Below, piece by piece: positions 32,452 through 41,690 of a stretch of 52,648 bases of DNA. The translations under genes were made by a program, and so were the position numbers. How positions within the stretch are numbered: the stretch's first letter is position 1; each line of letters opens with the position of its first letter. The notes beneath the pieces are model-generated. The model saw only the letters and a program-made list of their open reading frames with translations, did not search any database and was not told where the DNA came from. Origin of the DNA: an uncultured bacterium (GTDB lineage: Bacteria; Vulcanimicrobiota; Vulcanimicrobiia; Vulcanimicrobiales; Vulcanimicrobiaceae); NCBI GenBank assembly GCA_964245595.1, contig CAXTNU010000001.1:1-52648 (forward strand). Reading direction: 5' to 3'.

Positions 32452-32826
32452 GTGCGCATCACCAAGACGTACCGCTTCGAAGCCTCCACTTGTTGCCGCA
32501 TCATGATGGTAAGTGCGCGAATCTGCACGGCCACTCGTACCGCCTCGACGTTAGCGTCGCAGGGCCGTTGCGCGACGAGGGTCCGCAAGCCGGCATTGGT
32601 CATGGACTTCTCGGATCTATCCCGGGTCGTCAAGCAGCGCGTCGTCGACGTCTTGGACCACACACACCTCAACGACGTGCTTCAGAACCCAACGTGCGAG
32701 CATCTCGCCCTGTGGACATGGGAGAATCTCGCTCCGACACTCCCAAGCCTGGATGAGGTCGTGCTGTGGGAGACGGAGAGCGCCCGCGCGACGATTCGAC
32801 GGACCGACATCGAGGTAGCCCCGTGA
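32452..32826 (+). pseudogene. queD: 6-carboxytetrahydropterin synthase with two compensating frameshifts
   Basis: FEAS[H]..., C.NLHGHSY (in the shifted frame), MDFSD, LDH..LN, NPT.E, LWET; -1 at about 32486 and +1 at about 32596. Confidence 0.85.
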
Positions 32827-33651
32827 GCGCGAGACGGCGAGCGCTGCCAGCGTGGTTGTGGCCGCCGTGGTGGAGTGGAGGGTCGAGACGCATTGACCCA
32901 GACGCCGTCGGGCGCATGTTCGCCGCTCTCCGGAGCGATGCGAGCAAAGCTGCGCTCTGTGAGGCGCACGACATCGCGAAAGCAAGCCTGACGTTGGTCG
33001 TCGAACTGACGGAATACGAGGACAGCAAGGTCGCCAGGCTCCTGACAGTGGTGGCGTTCTTGAGCGCGATCGTAGGAGCGGTCTTCACTCGGTTTTCGAC
33101 CATCTACGGATGGAACCGGCGCGTACGCTGCCGTCAAGGCGACGTACGTCCTGTTCTTCGTTTACAGCGTGCTCGTGGCTCTGGCGGCCACCGTGCTCAT
33201 TGGAGCGATCCGTCCGACGTTCAACTTGCGCTGGACCGGAGAGCACAAGGGGTTGCCCGACTCGCTGTTCTTCTATCAGAAGATCCTGGAGGTATCTCCT
33301 GACGAGTGGGTCAAGGCATTCACCGGATCAACCGACATCAAGGCCAGAGCCGCCGGCGACTACGTCGCCGAGACCTATTTCGTGGCGGAGAAGATCGCGA
33401 AGAAACTGTGGTGGGTCAAACGCGGCGTCTACCTGTTGATTGTGGCGATGGCGATCCTCGTCGCGTTCTTAGTCCTCGCGGGTGAGACGTTCATCACGGT
33501 GAGACCGACTCCGACACCGCCCGCGGTCGTGATCGTCACGTCGCCTACGTCGACATTGTTGCCGACCGATGCTCCGTTGTCGAGCGCGACCGTCACGCCG
33601 TCTCCCTGTCCGATGAAGACCAAGCAGGCGACGTTCCGAAAGCCCGTGTAG
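32823..33651 (+). pseudogene. Pycsar-effector (PycTM/DUF5706)-like membrane protein with one +1 frameshift at about 33114-33117
   Basis: EDSKVARLL-TM1, TM2, SLFFYQKI, Y...KIAKK...V-TM3; about 275 aa when repaired. Confidence 0.6.
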
Positions 33652-34430
33652 ATGCGTGTCCGTCTGTTCGCCGATGCGGACAACATGCTGTGGGACACCA
33701 ATGCGGTGTTCGGGGCCGCTCAATTGTCGCTCGCGCGCAACGTCGCCGATCTTTCGCCCCGGCCGGGGCTGCTCGACGTCGAGGACGAGGCGGCGCTTCG
33801 GCTCGTCCGTGTGCTTGATCAGCGATTGGCGGTCAATCATGAGTTGGGGTTGCGGTACCCCCGCTCCTGTTGGCGAAAGCCCTACATGTTTTGCTCGGAG
33901 GTGATGGCGACGAGGCGAAGCTCGTCGAGGCGGTCGAACTGCATCACGCCGCCCTCGCGGCGAAGCCGCCGTTGCGCGCGGGCGTACGTGAAGGGCTTGG
34001 GGCGCTAGCCACGGCTGTCGGTCAGCTCGTCCTTGTGACAGAGTCACGCCAGGCACGTTGCATCGACCTGCTCGACCATCATGCCTTGGCGGACCATGTC
34101 GAGCGCGTCGTGTACGGCGCCAAGTCACCGTCGTTGTACCGTGAACTCCGCGACGTCGGCTGTACCGACGTGATGGTCGGCGACCAATTGGACCGGGACA
34201 TCGCCTTCGCGCAGGCGGCGGGCTTCGTGGGCATCCACTTCAGCGGCGGATTTACGCCGTTTTGGACGTCTGACCTGGAGGTCCGATTTGACTTCTCGAT
34301 AGGTGATTTCCGAGACTTGGTACCCATCATGGCGCGCCTCGTTTCGGCCGGCTCATCTCAGGCACTCTCGGCATCGCGGCACGTAACTCAGGCGCAGATG
34401 CCGTCGGAACGCTCGAACAACGCGGATTGA
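33652..34430 (+). pseudogene. HAD-superfamily hydrolase with one -1 frameshift in the C5 run at 33858-33862
   Basis: DADNMLWD (motif I), VTE (II), K (III), MVGDQLDRDI (IV); about 259 aa when repaired. Confidence 0.8.
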
Positions 34431-34700
34431 GCGACCATCTGGTGTGGCGGCAAGTCAGACATGGCCTGCAAGCGTCGTGCGAGGAAGGCGGTGTCGTCAC
34501 GACGAGTAAACGCCCGCTCCAAGGAGCCGGATGCGGACGCATCTGACGCCCACGCGCACCATCGGTGACGAAGATGGGCTAGATGTCCGGCAGCCGGTGC
34601 CGGAGGGTCTCGATTCAGCGGAGCCGGCGGCGGTGGCGGTCTGGGGCACACCACCCCTTGGTGGCCAAGCACGCGTCCGCTGCTCGCCCGGTGAGACCTG

Positions 34701-35258
34701 CTAGAAGCCGGCGACAAGCTGGCCGTCGGCGTCTTTGTGCATGACGGCCTGGCCGTCCACGATGTCCTTCGGTCGCGCCGCAAGTCGCTGCGCGATCATC
34801 GCCTTGCCGACGTCGTCAGGCTCGAAGTGGGCGTCGAAGGACACCGCGGTTCCCGCCGCGGTCTGCTGGTCGGGGCCGACCTTGTCGACGACCATCCTGC
34901 CGATGGTCACGTAGGACACAGGCGTGCCGGTGAACGGACGCCCCGTCGTCACCGCGTGAGCGGCCGGAGCCCACGTGTACGTTGAGCAGTGCAGGACACG
35001 CGGACCCGAGTCGATGAGGTTCCGCTCCGTCCCCGTGTCGGCGACGTGCACGTACGGCAGGTGCGCGTAGTAGCCGCGCCACTTCAGTTCGTCGGTTCGG
35101 CAACTGCGGCCCTTGAGGACCTCGGTCTGCCGCGGTTGGGCGTCAAGCGCCTTCTGGATTGCCGCCTTCTTCTCGACGTCGTGGTTCGAAGGACCGGCGC
35201 CGCACGCGGCGAGCGCGAAGAGCAGCGCCGCGGGCGCCATAAGCAGACGGCCGTTCAC
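34701..35258 (-). CDS. Putative lipoprotein
   Basis: LLFALAAC lipobox; GTGA overlap with the upstream gene. Confidence 0.6.
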   Translation of the reverse strand: MNGRLLMAPAALLFALAACGAGPSNHDVEKKAAIQKALDAQPRQTEVLKGRSCRTDELKWRGYYAHLPYVHVADTGTERNLIDSGPRVLHCSTYTWAPAAHAVTTGRPFTGTPVSYVTIGRMVVDKVGPDQQTAAGTAVSFDAHFEPDDVGKAMIAQRLAARPKDIVDGQAVMHKDADGQLVAGF

Positions 35259-36169
35259 CGCAGCGAGACCTCGCGGTAGGTCGCGTCGGGCGCGACCGGG
35301 TCGGCGATCGCGAAGGTGACCGTCGTCGTGACGGCCCCGTGCGGCGGAACCGTCATCATGCCGATACGCCCGAAGTCCTCGGCCGGCGCGACCTCGGGGA
35401 CGGTGGTGGTGGCGCTGCCGAACGGGTTCAGGCGCTGGTAGGTCGGCGCCGCCTGCGCAAGACCGGCGTACGTCTTGCGGGCGCCGTTCGCGAGCGGGAC
35501 CGTCAGCGTCAGGTCGGAGGGGCGCAGGGTGACGGTGCCCTCGGAGCCGACGATGGCGAGCGCGTCGTGCACGTAGAGCACGCCGTCGAGGGTGTCGGTC
35601 CAGGACCTCGTCACCGCGACCTGCACGTGCGGTTTCGTCCTCACCGCGCCGGTGTTCCGCGTGCCCTCCCCTTCGCCGGCGTCGTGTCGCGCGGTAGGTA
35701 GCGGCAACAATTTCTCGGGCCAGGTTTGTCCGTACGTCCACTTCTTGTTGCCGGTGAAGGTGGCGTTCGCCGGTCGGCAGTCGACGCGCGCGACGGCGCT
35801 GATGGGCTCGGTCATGCTGACGCCGAATCCGACTTCGTAGGCGGCGACGTCGTCTGACGCGACGGGTGTGGTGACGGGCAGGCTGACCGACGTCTGCCCG
35901 ATGAGGGTGTTCTCCGCGTCGTACATGCGCAACGCGACGCCGGCGGCGAGCAGTTGGTGTCTGGTGCGGTTGACGACGGTGACGGTGCCGCCGTGCCAGA
36001 AGCTTTCGGAGTGCGCGACGACGCACTTGGTGACGGCGAAGGGCGCGCCGGCGCCGACCAGGTTGCCGTTGAGGATTTGTTCGTCGGCGCGCACCGGAGC
36101 CGCGGCGGCGACGAGCGCGGCGAGGACGGCGACGCCCGAGACGACGCGGCGGAGGGGAGGGTGTTGCAC
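35255..36169 (-). CDS. Secreted beta-rich hypothetical protein
   Basis: Signal peptide ending VRA-D; two beta-strand-rich segments. Confidence 0.6.
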   Translation of the reverse strand: MQHPPLRRVVSGVAVLAALVAAAAPVRADEQILNGNLVGAGAPFAVTKCVVAHSESFWHGGTVTVVNRTRHQLLAAGVALRMYDAENTLIGQTSVSLPVTTPVASDDVAAYEVGFGVSMTEPISAVARVDCRPANATFTGNKKWTYGQTWPEKLLPLPTARHDAGEGEGTRNTGAVRTKPHVQVAVTRSWTDTLDGVLYVHDALAIVGSEGTVTLRPSDLTLTVPLANGARKTYAGLAQAAPTYQRLNPFGSATTTVPEVAPAEDFGRIGMMTVPPHGAVTTTVTFAIADPVAPDATYREVSLR

Positions 36170-36294
36170 CGGCGGACCTTCCTGAGGGACCCGAGACCTG
36201 GGTGAGGCGCCTGATCATACGATGCGGTTTGCGCACTATCCTTCGCCGTCCATACACCGTGGCGCTTGCTTCGCGAAACGCGGACGATGGGTAG

Positions 36295-36534
36295 ATGAAG
36301 CGTCAGCGCCGACCCAACCCGGAGGCGGTGCTCCAGCGGTTCTCCCAGGCGGTCCGCAAGCAGCGCGAGGGGTTGGAGGACCGTCTCAGCCAGGAGGCCG
36401 TCGCCCACGAGGCCGGCATCAGCCTGCGGCACTACCAGAACCTGGAAGCCGGGCGTCTCAACCCATCGTTGCTAACGGCGCTCGCGGTGGCTCGGGCCCT
36501 GGAGACCACGCTCGGGGACCTGCTCGACGAGTGA
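36295..36534 (+). CDS. Small XRE-family HTH regulator
   Basis: LSQEAVAHEAGISLRHYQNLEAGRLNPSL. Confidence 0.85.
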   Translation: MKRQRRPNPEAVLQRFSQAVRKQREGLEDRLSQEAVAHEAGISLRHYQNLEAGRLNPSLLTALAVARALETTLGDLLDE

Positions 36535-36742
36535 CGCCGCTTCGCTCGTCTCGCGCGCGGGTCCGCGATCCTAGCAGACGCTCCCGGGCTGCAGCAAGAG
36601 CTTGATCTGACCAGGCCTTGCTGCGGACGCGATGGCCGATCGATGCGATTGACCCCGGATCGTAGGATCGGATCGGCAACCGCGGCGACGTTCGTCGCCC
36701 ACGCACGTCGTGCGCTGGTTCTGCGGTTGCCGGAGTCGCAGC

Positions 36743-37588
36743 ATGGCCGACGAGTTCATTCAGACGACTGCAGGGACGCCGGAGCAGCGCCGTACGTGGG
36801 CACGCATCGTCACCGGCGCATTGCGCGAGGAGGCGGCCGAGAAGCGTACGACCGCGGACAAACTCGACGAGATGGCGCATCGGCTCGATGAAGCGGACGT
36901 CGAGGGCGGGCAGTTGCCGGCGGATGTGCTGGTGAGTCTGCTCACGGAGTCGGTTGGAGTGGACCTTGTCGCGGCGCTGCTGGGCTCACCGGATGCGGAC
37001 GTTGACGAGCTGCAAGCCATCGTGCATGGCAACCCGCGCGCGCGCGAACCCAAGGCTGACGGTTTTGATGTGGATTGGACGCGCGAGCCGGCGTCCCCGT
37101 ACGAGGAGGAAGTGCGGGCGTTGTTGCTGTACCGGCTGCTCGCGCGGGGCGGTGCTGGCTGGGTGGAACTGCTGACGATGCGGTCGGACCGGTCCGTCGG
37201 CAGCGACCTTGACGCTGCTGCGGACGAGGCCAAACGGCTTATCGCGCAGCGCTTGTCGGACCGACACAAGACGATGGTGCGCGAGGCTCAGGCTGACGTC
37301 GAACGGCTGCGCGCGGCGGCTCTGGACGGCAACACCGCATGCGCGCCCACGACCCGGGTGGATGTGCATGCGGAGTTGCTCGACGATTTCATCCGTCAGG
37401 TCTTGCACATGGACCCGGCCTGGACGCTGGTGAGCGACGAGGTGTTCCTCGACGAGTTCCCCGAGCCGGTCGGCGTCTACGCCGAGCGCATCCGCGAGGT
37501 CTATGGCGTGGACGTCGGCGCGCTGGAAGACCCGCTGTTGGCGACGGTGCTGGAGGCCATCGCTGAGAACTCACCATCAGAGCAGTGA
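36743..37588 (+). CDS. Hypothetical acidic protein
   Basis: GGAG RBS; long ORF with plausible codon usage; no motif recognised. Confidence 0.55.
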   Translation: MADEFIQTTAGTPEQRRTWARIVTGALREEAAEKRTTADKLDEMAHRLDEADVEGGQLPADVLVSLLTESVGVDLVAALLGSPDADVDELQAIVHGNPRAREPKADGFDVDWTREPASPYEEEVRALLLYRLLARGGAGWVELLTMRSDRSVGSDLDAAADEAKRLIAQRLSDRHKTMVREAQADVERLRAAALDGNTACAPTTRVDVHAELLDDFIRQVLHMDPAWTLVSDEVFLDEFPEPVGVYAERIREVYGVDVGALEDPLLATVLEAIAENSPSEQ

Positions 37589-37728
37589 CGCAACAAGCAG
37601 AGGTAGCAAGGTATCAGTACCGGATCAAGGGTAGGGTTTCCGACACGCTTGTTGGCGGCGTGGTTTGGGAGAAGCGCACGGAACCAATCTCGTACTCGGG
37701 TCAAGACTATCGCAAATCCGTAGCTGTC

Positions 37729-38763
37729 TTAACTATCCTTCAATTTAGCACGTAGTCTGCTATATTCTTCGTGGTATATATCCTTCAAATCTATTGCTTC
37801 GATTGCTTGATTTGCATAGCACCGTGCTTCGTCGGTTTTATTTTCCTCGAAGCTTGTTACTGCTTTACGGGCTCTGTCTACTTGCAATTTATGAAGACGC
37901 TCCGTCGTCTTCGCGATTTCATGCTTGAAAATCGCCGGAGGATCATTCACTTTATCGTACGGTATCATCATTTCGATAAGCGTTCTGTACCGCTTAACTT
38001 CGGCTATATTATTCGACTTCAAGACTTCGTCCTGAATTTCTTCTAGATATTTCCTACTAGCCTGACTTAGATCATTACCCATACGACAGAAATGATCTGT
38101 GCCTTGTAGTCGTTCCTCCAAGTCAGTCGGAATCCGCCAAGATATTAAGCGCCATTTGTGCGGGATTGTGCCCCGAACACGCCGACGCTTGGCGCCTCGG
38201 GAAGCCCATGGAGTAGGCTCGTCGGCGAGGCGGAAGGCAAGGCGCACCGTTGGGCCTCGTCCGGCTCGGATGATTCGGGTGGTGAACCGGTGACAAGGCC
38301 TGGCGGGACACGGCCCTTGTATCGCATCATAACGTATGCGGTCGCGCACCGCTTGTGCCCACGAGGGCCCAACCAACCACCGGAGGAGATCCTCTTTTGG
38401 AGACTTTCCTTGGCGCGGAAAACGCCACGTCACTAACCAAAATGAGACACCGTTGCGCGTTGGACCCGGCTCGATTTGCCTGGCTTGGTATAGCGCTGTT
38501 AGAATAGTCGGCCAGTCCAGAAAGTCGGTTTGACTGAGGAGGTAATGATATTTCGGACCAAAGGCGCGGATGGCCTTAGCTGCCGCAGGGTAGACGAGGG
38601 CGTGCAATTTGCGCAGGTCGTCGTTTGGTACGGCGCTCATGCGCTGGCTTTCTGACCGGCTGAACGCAAAACAGGTGTTCGGATAGCCGTCTTCCAAAGT
38701 TTTGCTGAGTATCTCGGATGGCAGTGCTTCTTCATCAAATGGAGGATGAAGAAGCACTGCCAC
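37729..38763 (-). CDS. Hypothetical protein, AT-rich (start uncertain)
   Basis: 344-codon open frame through AT-rich DNA; helical charged C-terminus. Confidence 0.4.
   Translation of the reverse strand: MAVLLHPPFDEEALPSEILSKTLEDGYPNTCFAFSRSESQRMSAVPNDDLRKLHALVYPAAAKAIRAFGPKYHYLLSQTDFLDWPTILTALYQARQIEPGPTRNGVSFWLVTWRFPRQGKSPKEDLLRWLVGPSWAQAVRDRIRYDAIQGPCPARPCHRFTTRIIRAGRGPTVRLAFRLADEPTPWASRGAKRRRVRGTIPHKWRLISWRIPTDLEERLQGTDHFCRMGNDLSQASRKYLEEIQDEVLKSNNIAEVKRYRTLIEMMIPYDKVNDPPAIFKHEIAKTTERLHKLQVDRARKAVTSFEENKTDEARCYANQAIEAIDLKDIYHEEYSRLRAKLKDS
38719..38762. repeat. Perfect 18-bp inverted repeat with 8-nt loop
   Basis: TGGCAGTGCTTCTTCATC / GATGAAGAAGCACTGCCA. Confidence 0.9.
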
Positions 38764-39613
38764 ATCTCTCGCGCCTATGGACAGTAGACTGTCGTCTCCT
38801 TAATACGTTTGTGCATTTCTTGCTTAATGCAGTCCAGGACTCGGTGACAACGCGGGTCGGTCACGCTTATTGCAAGCGCGTACGTCTACCCCGACCGTAA
38901 AAAGCCGTCCTCGTTGCACACCCCGCCGTGCAACTTCTTGTGAGGATGCCGTGCACGTCGGAGCACAGCAGAAGTACCGGTTTGTGCTCAACCAGTAGCC
39001 GCCGCATCCCAGACGACTTGCTCACGGATGAGCCGCGGACACATCGGTCGCCTGCTACGAACCGCTCGCGTTGATGCGTCAGCGCAGCCACGGTGCCGGT
39101 GGTCGTCCGGTGTACGCCACGCACGTTCGAATCAATCCTGTCACGCCGTTGCAGTCTTGCCTCGGACCCGCACCGCCGGGCATGGTCCCGGTCCGCCGCC
39201 ACGTCATGTCTGCCGTTGATGGCTTCCTCATCACCTGCGTCGCCCAGATGCCCGGCCATTCCGGTCGTTCGGTCCCGCCAGGGTAGAGCGTGCAGAACCA
39301 GTACGGCCTTTGAGATTTCCCAACCCCAGCCAGCGCTGGCCCGTATCCTCGTACTGCTGTTGATTCGGGCTCGTCATGACGTTCTGCTACGTCGGCATCG
39401 GTCTAGGTCTCGCTGCAGCACAAAAATCGCAATCGTGCAAGACTGGCGCGGCAAATCAAGATCGAGTAGGATCGCGATCGGCCGGTCCAAGCGACCGGAA
39501 ATCAGCAACCACCCCGTGACCTTCAGATTGCAGCCTGGCGGGTCACGGGGTAGCGCCGGACCACGATAGCACGCCCGCCGGGCGCGCGAAAGGGTCCGTC
39601 GCGGAAAGGCTCC

Positions 39614-39892
39614 GTGAAGACCTATCCGCTCAACCCCAGCCCCATCGCCGTGATGAGGGCCCGCTACCGCCTCGACCAGGTCGACGCCGCCCGGCGCCTG
39701 GGGCTGTCCCTCGGCCAACTCAAAGTCCTCGAGATGCGGACCGGCGAGCTGCCGCCCGACATCCTTGAGGTCATCGACCTCCTCCTCGGACCGCCGACCT
39801 GCTATCGCCAGATTTCCATCTGGGAAGCCCTGGAAGAGCTCGGACGTCTAGACGCCCAGAACGATGGAGGGGAGGGTGGCGCGCGTGCGTAG
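39614..39892 (+). CDS. XRE-like HTH protein
   Basis: SPIAVMRARYRLDQVDAARRLGLSLGQLKVLE. Confidence 0.65.
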   Translation: MKTYPLNPSPIAVMRARYRLDQVDAARRLGLSLGQLKVLEMRTGELPPDILEVIDLLLGPPTCYRQISIWEALEELGRLDAQNDGGEGGARA

Positions 39893-40166
39893 CGCCCGTC
39901 TCGACGTGCTCGAGTCGCCGGTTGCAGTGTTGCGCCGGCGGCACGGACTCAGTCCCGACCAGGCCGCGTCCCGGCTCGGCATCTCGGTGCTGCGGCTGGC
40001 CCGGCTGGAGGCCGCCACCCGCCGGCTGCCGGTCGGCACGCTGGCCGCGATCGCCGAGCGCTTCGGTCCACCCGGCACGCCGCTGAGCGTCATGGACCAC
40101 GTCCGCGCGATCGTCGCGGCCGGCGAAGGCGCACCGACGGTCGGTGGAGGCCGTTCCGATGGCTGA
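39876..40166 (+). CDS. XRE-like HTH protein, paralog of the previous gene
   Basis: SPVAVLRRRHGLSPDQAASRLGISVLRLARLE. Confidence 0.65.
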   Translation: MARVRSARLDVLESPVAVLRRRHGLSPDQAASRLGISVLRLARLEAATRRLPVGTLAAIAERFGPPGTPLSVMDHVRAIVAAGEGAPTVGGGRSDG

Positions 40167-40584
40167 GCGCAGCGGACCCGGCCCGACCCTGCGCACCGTC
40201 TTGCAGACGCTCAACGCGCGCGGCTACCACGTCGGGCTCGACGACGACGGCCACAGCATGCTGGTGGTGGACGAGCGAGGCCGACGTTCGTGGCTGGGCT
40301 ACGGCCCGGTCATGCGGTTCTGCTCGCGCGGCGACGACGTCGACGACGCCGCCCTGGCGGTCGAATTGCACGCGCTCCTGGACGGCCTGCCCGACGAGTG
40401 GGCGCCGGCGGTGTGGTGCGAGGTCGGCGTGGAGGACTCGGATCTGGCGTGGCAGTTGGAGCGGTTCGGGGTGCGGCCCGGGGCGTACGTGCTGGCGGTC
40501 GCGGCCGGCCTGTGCGACCTGCCGTCCATCGCCGCGAAGTACGGTCTGCCCTCCCCTTCGCCGGAGGACCGTCGCGATGGATGA
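40159..40584 (+). CDS. Hypothetical protein
   Basis: GGAGG RBS; overlaps both neighbours. Confidence 0.55.
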   Translation: MAERSGPGPTLRTVLQTLNARGYHVGLDDDGHSMLVVDERGRRSWLGYGPVMRFCSRGDDVDDAALAVELHALLDGLPDEWAPAVWCEVGVEDSDLAWQLERFGVRPGAYVLAVAAGLCDLPSIAAKYGLPSPSPEDRRDG

Positions 40585-40978
40585 GGCGGTGCGGTTTTGG
40601 GGCGACCCGGTGCGCGCGTCGCTGATGGAGGGGCAGCCCGGGGTCGAGCCGTTCGAGCGGCTCTACGCCACGTTGGAGCGCCGAACCGCGGCCACGGACG
40701 GCCCGCTCTTTACTTCTGCCGACGTTCGTGCTGTGGTGGCCGAGCGCGGGCTGACGGTAGGCCAGTTCGCGCACGTCGTGAGCGTGCCGCCGGCCTACGC
40801 GAACGGCATCGTGAACGGGTGGTTGCGGTTGTCGCCCAGGGGGTTGGTGGAGGTGGCGTGGTGCCTGGAGGTGCCGGTCGGTGCGTTCTTCCACGACGGC
40901 CGTTTTCGGCAGCGCTGGCGCGTGCGGGAGTACCGCGCGTTCGAGCGGGCCCAGACGGTCGTCCGGCACCTCATCTAG
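40577..40978 (+). CDS. XRE-like HTH protein
   Basis: RGLTVGQFAHVVSVPPAYANGIVNG...LVEVAWCLEVPVGAFF. Confidence 0.6.
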   Translation: MDEAVRFWGDPVRASLMEGQPGVEPFERLYATLERRTAATDGPLFTSADVRAVVAERGLTVGQFAHVVSVPPAYANGIVNGWLRLSPRGLVEVAWCLEVPVGAFFHDGRFRQRWRVREYRAFERAQTVVRHLI

Positions 40979-41249
40979 GACGCGCACTTTCGCCGGTGAT
41001 CGGCGCGAGCTACAATGCGAAGATCAAGTTGCTGGCGATGGAGGTACGAACTCCATCGCCAGCACTGGCAGACCTGAACCACAGAGTTGAGCGCTGTGTA
41101 GAGGAAGTTAGCCGGTAGCCCGAGGTGGCATGCCGGCCGTGACCGCTTTTGGCTGCTTCGAGACGCCCCCTTGAAAGACGGGCCCCGAGGCGATCGGATT
41201 TTCGCATAAATTAGTGCTCTGCGAAAGGTCCGATGAACGAAAGACATCC

Positions 41250-41690
41250 GTGGGAAACCACAAGCCCGAAAACCGAGACATCGTCTGCCTGGACGAGCTG
41301 CGCGAGGTCTACCGCGTCCCGCTCGTCGTCGGCGAATACGGCCTGACCCACCACCGCCCTGGTGGCATAGAAGACATCCCGGACATCGCCGAGGTCCGCC
41401 GCTTGGGGGTCGAGCGCTGGGACGTGCACGGCACGAGCCTCGAGCGCGTGTACGACACGCCGCAGACCGTCCGCATCACCAAGAAGGGCCGTCTGCTCTG
41501 CGCGTGCCCGCGCTCCTGGTCCGTCGGGCTGGTCTGCGTGCACATGGCCGCGGTGAAGCGGCTCGACCTGCCGGAACGCGAACCGGTGCCCGAGTCGTTC
41601 ATCCCGTTTGACTTCGCGCCAGCGGACACGCGAGCCGCGGCGGAAATGCCGGCCACCGCCTCCTCGACCGGGGACAAGGCCCGTGGCTGA
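41250..41690 (+). CDS. SWIM zinc-finger protein
   Basis: CACPRSWSVGLVCVH = CxC-x(n)-CxH. Confidence 0.7.
   Translation: MGNHKPENRDIVCLDELREVYRVPLVVGEYGLTHHRPGGIEDIPDIAEVRRLGVERWDVHGTSLERVYDTPQTVRITKKGRLLCACPRSWSVGLVCVHMAAVKRLDLPEREPVPESFIPFDFAPADTRAAAEMPATASSTGDKARG

Noticed and set aside
36541-36553. Third copy of the att-associated motif (TTCGCTCGTC)
   Set aside because: Only about 10 bp match, without the core or the other blocks; probably chance.
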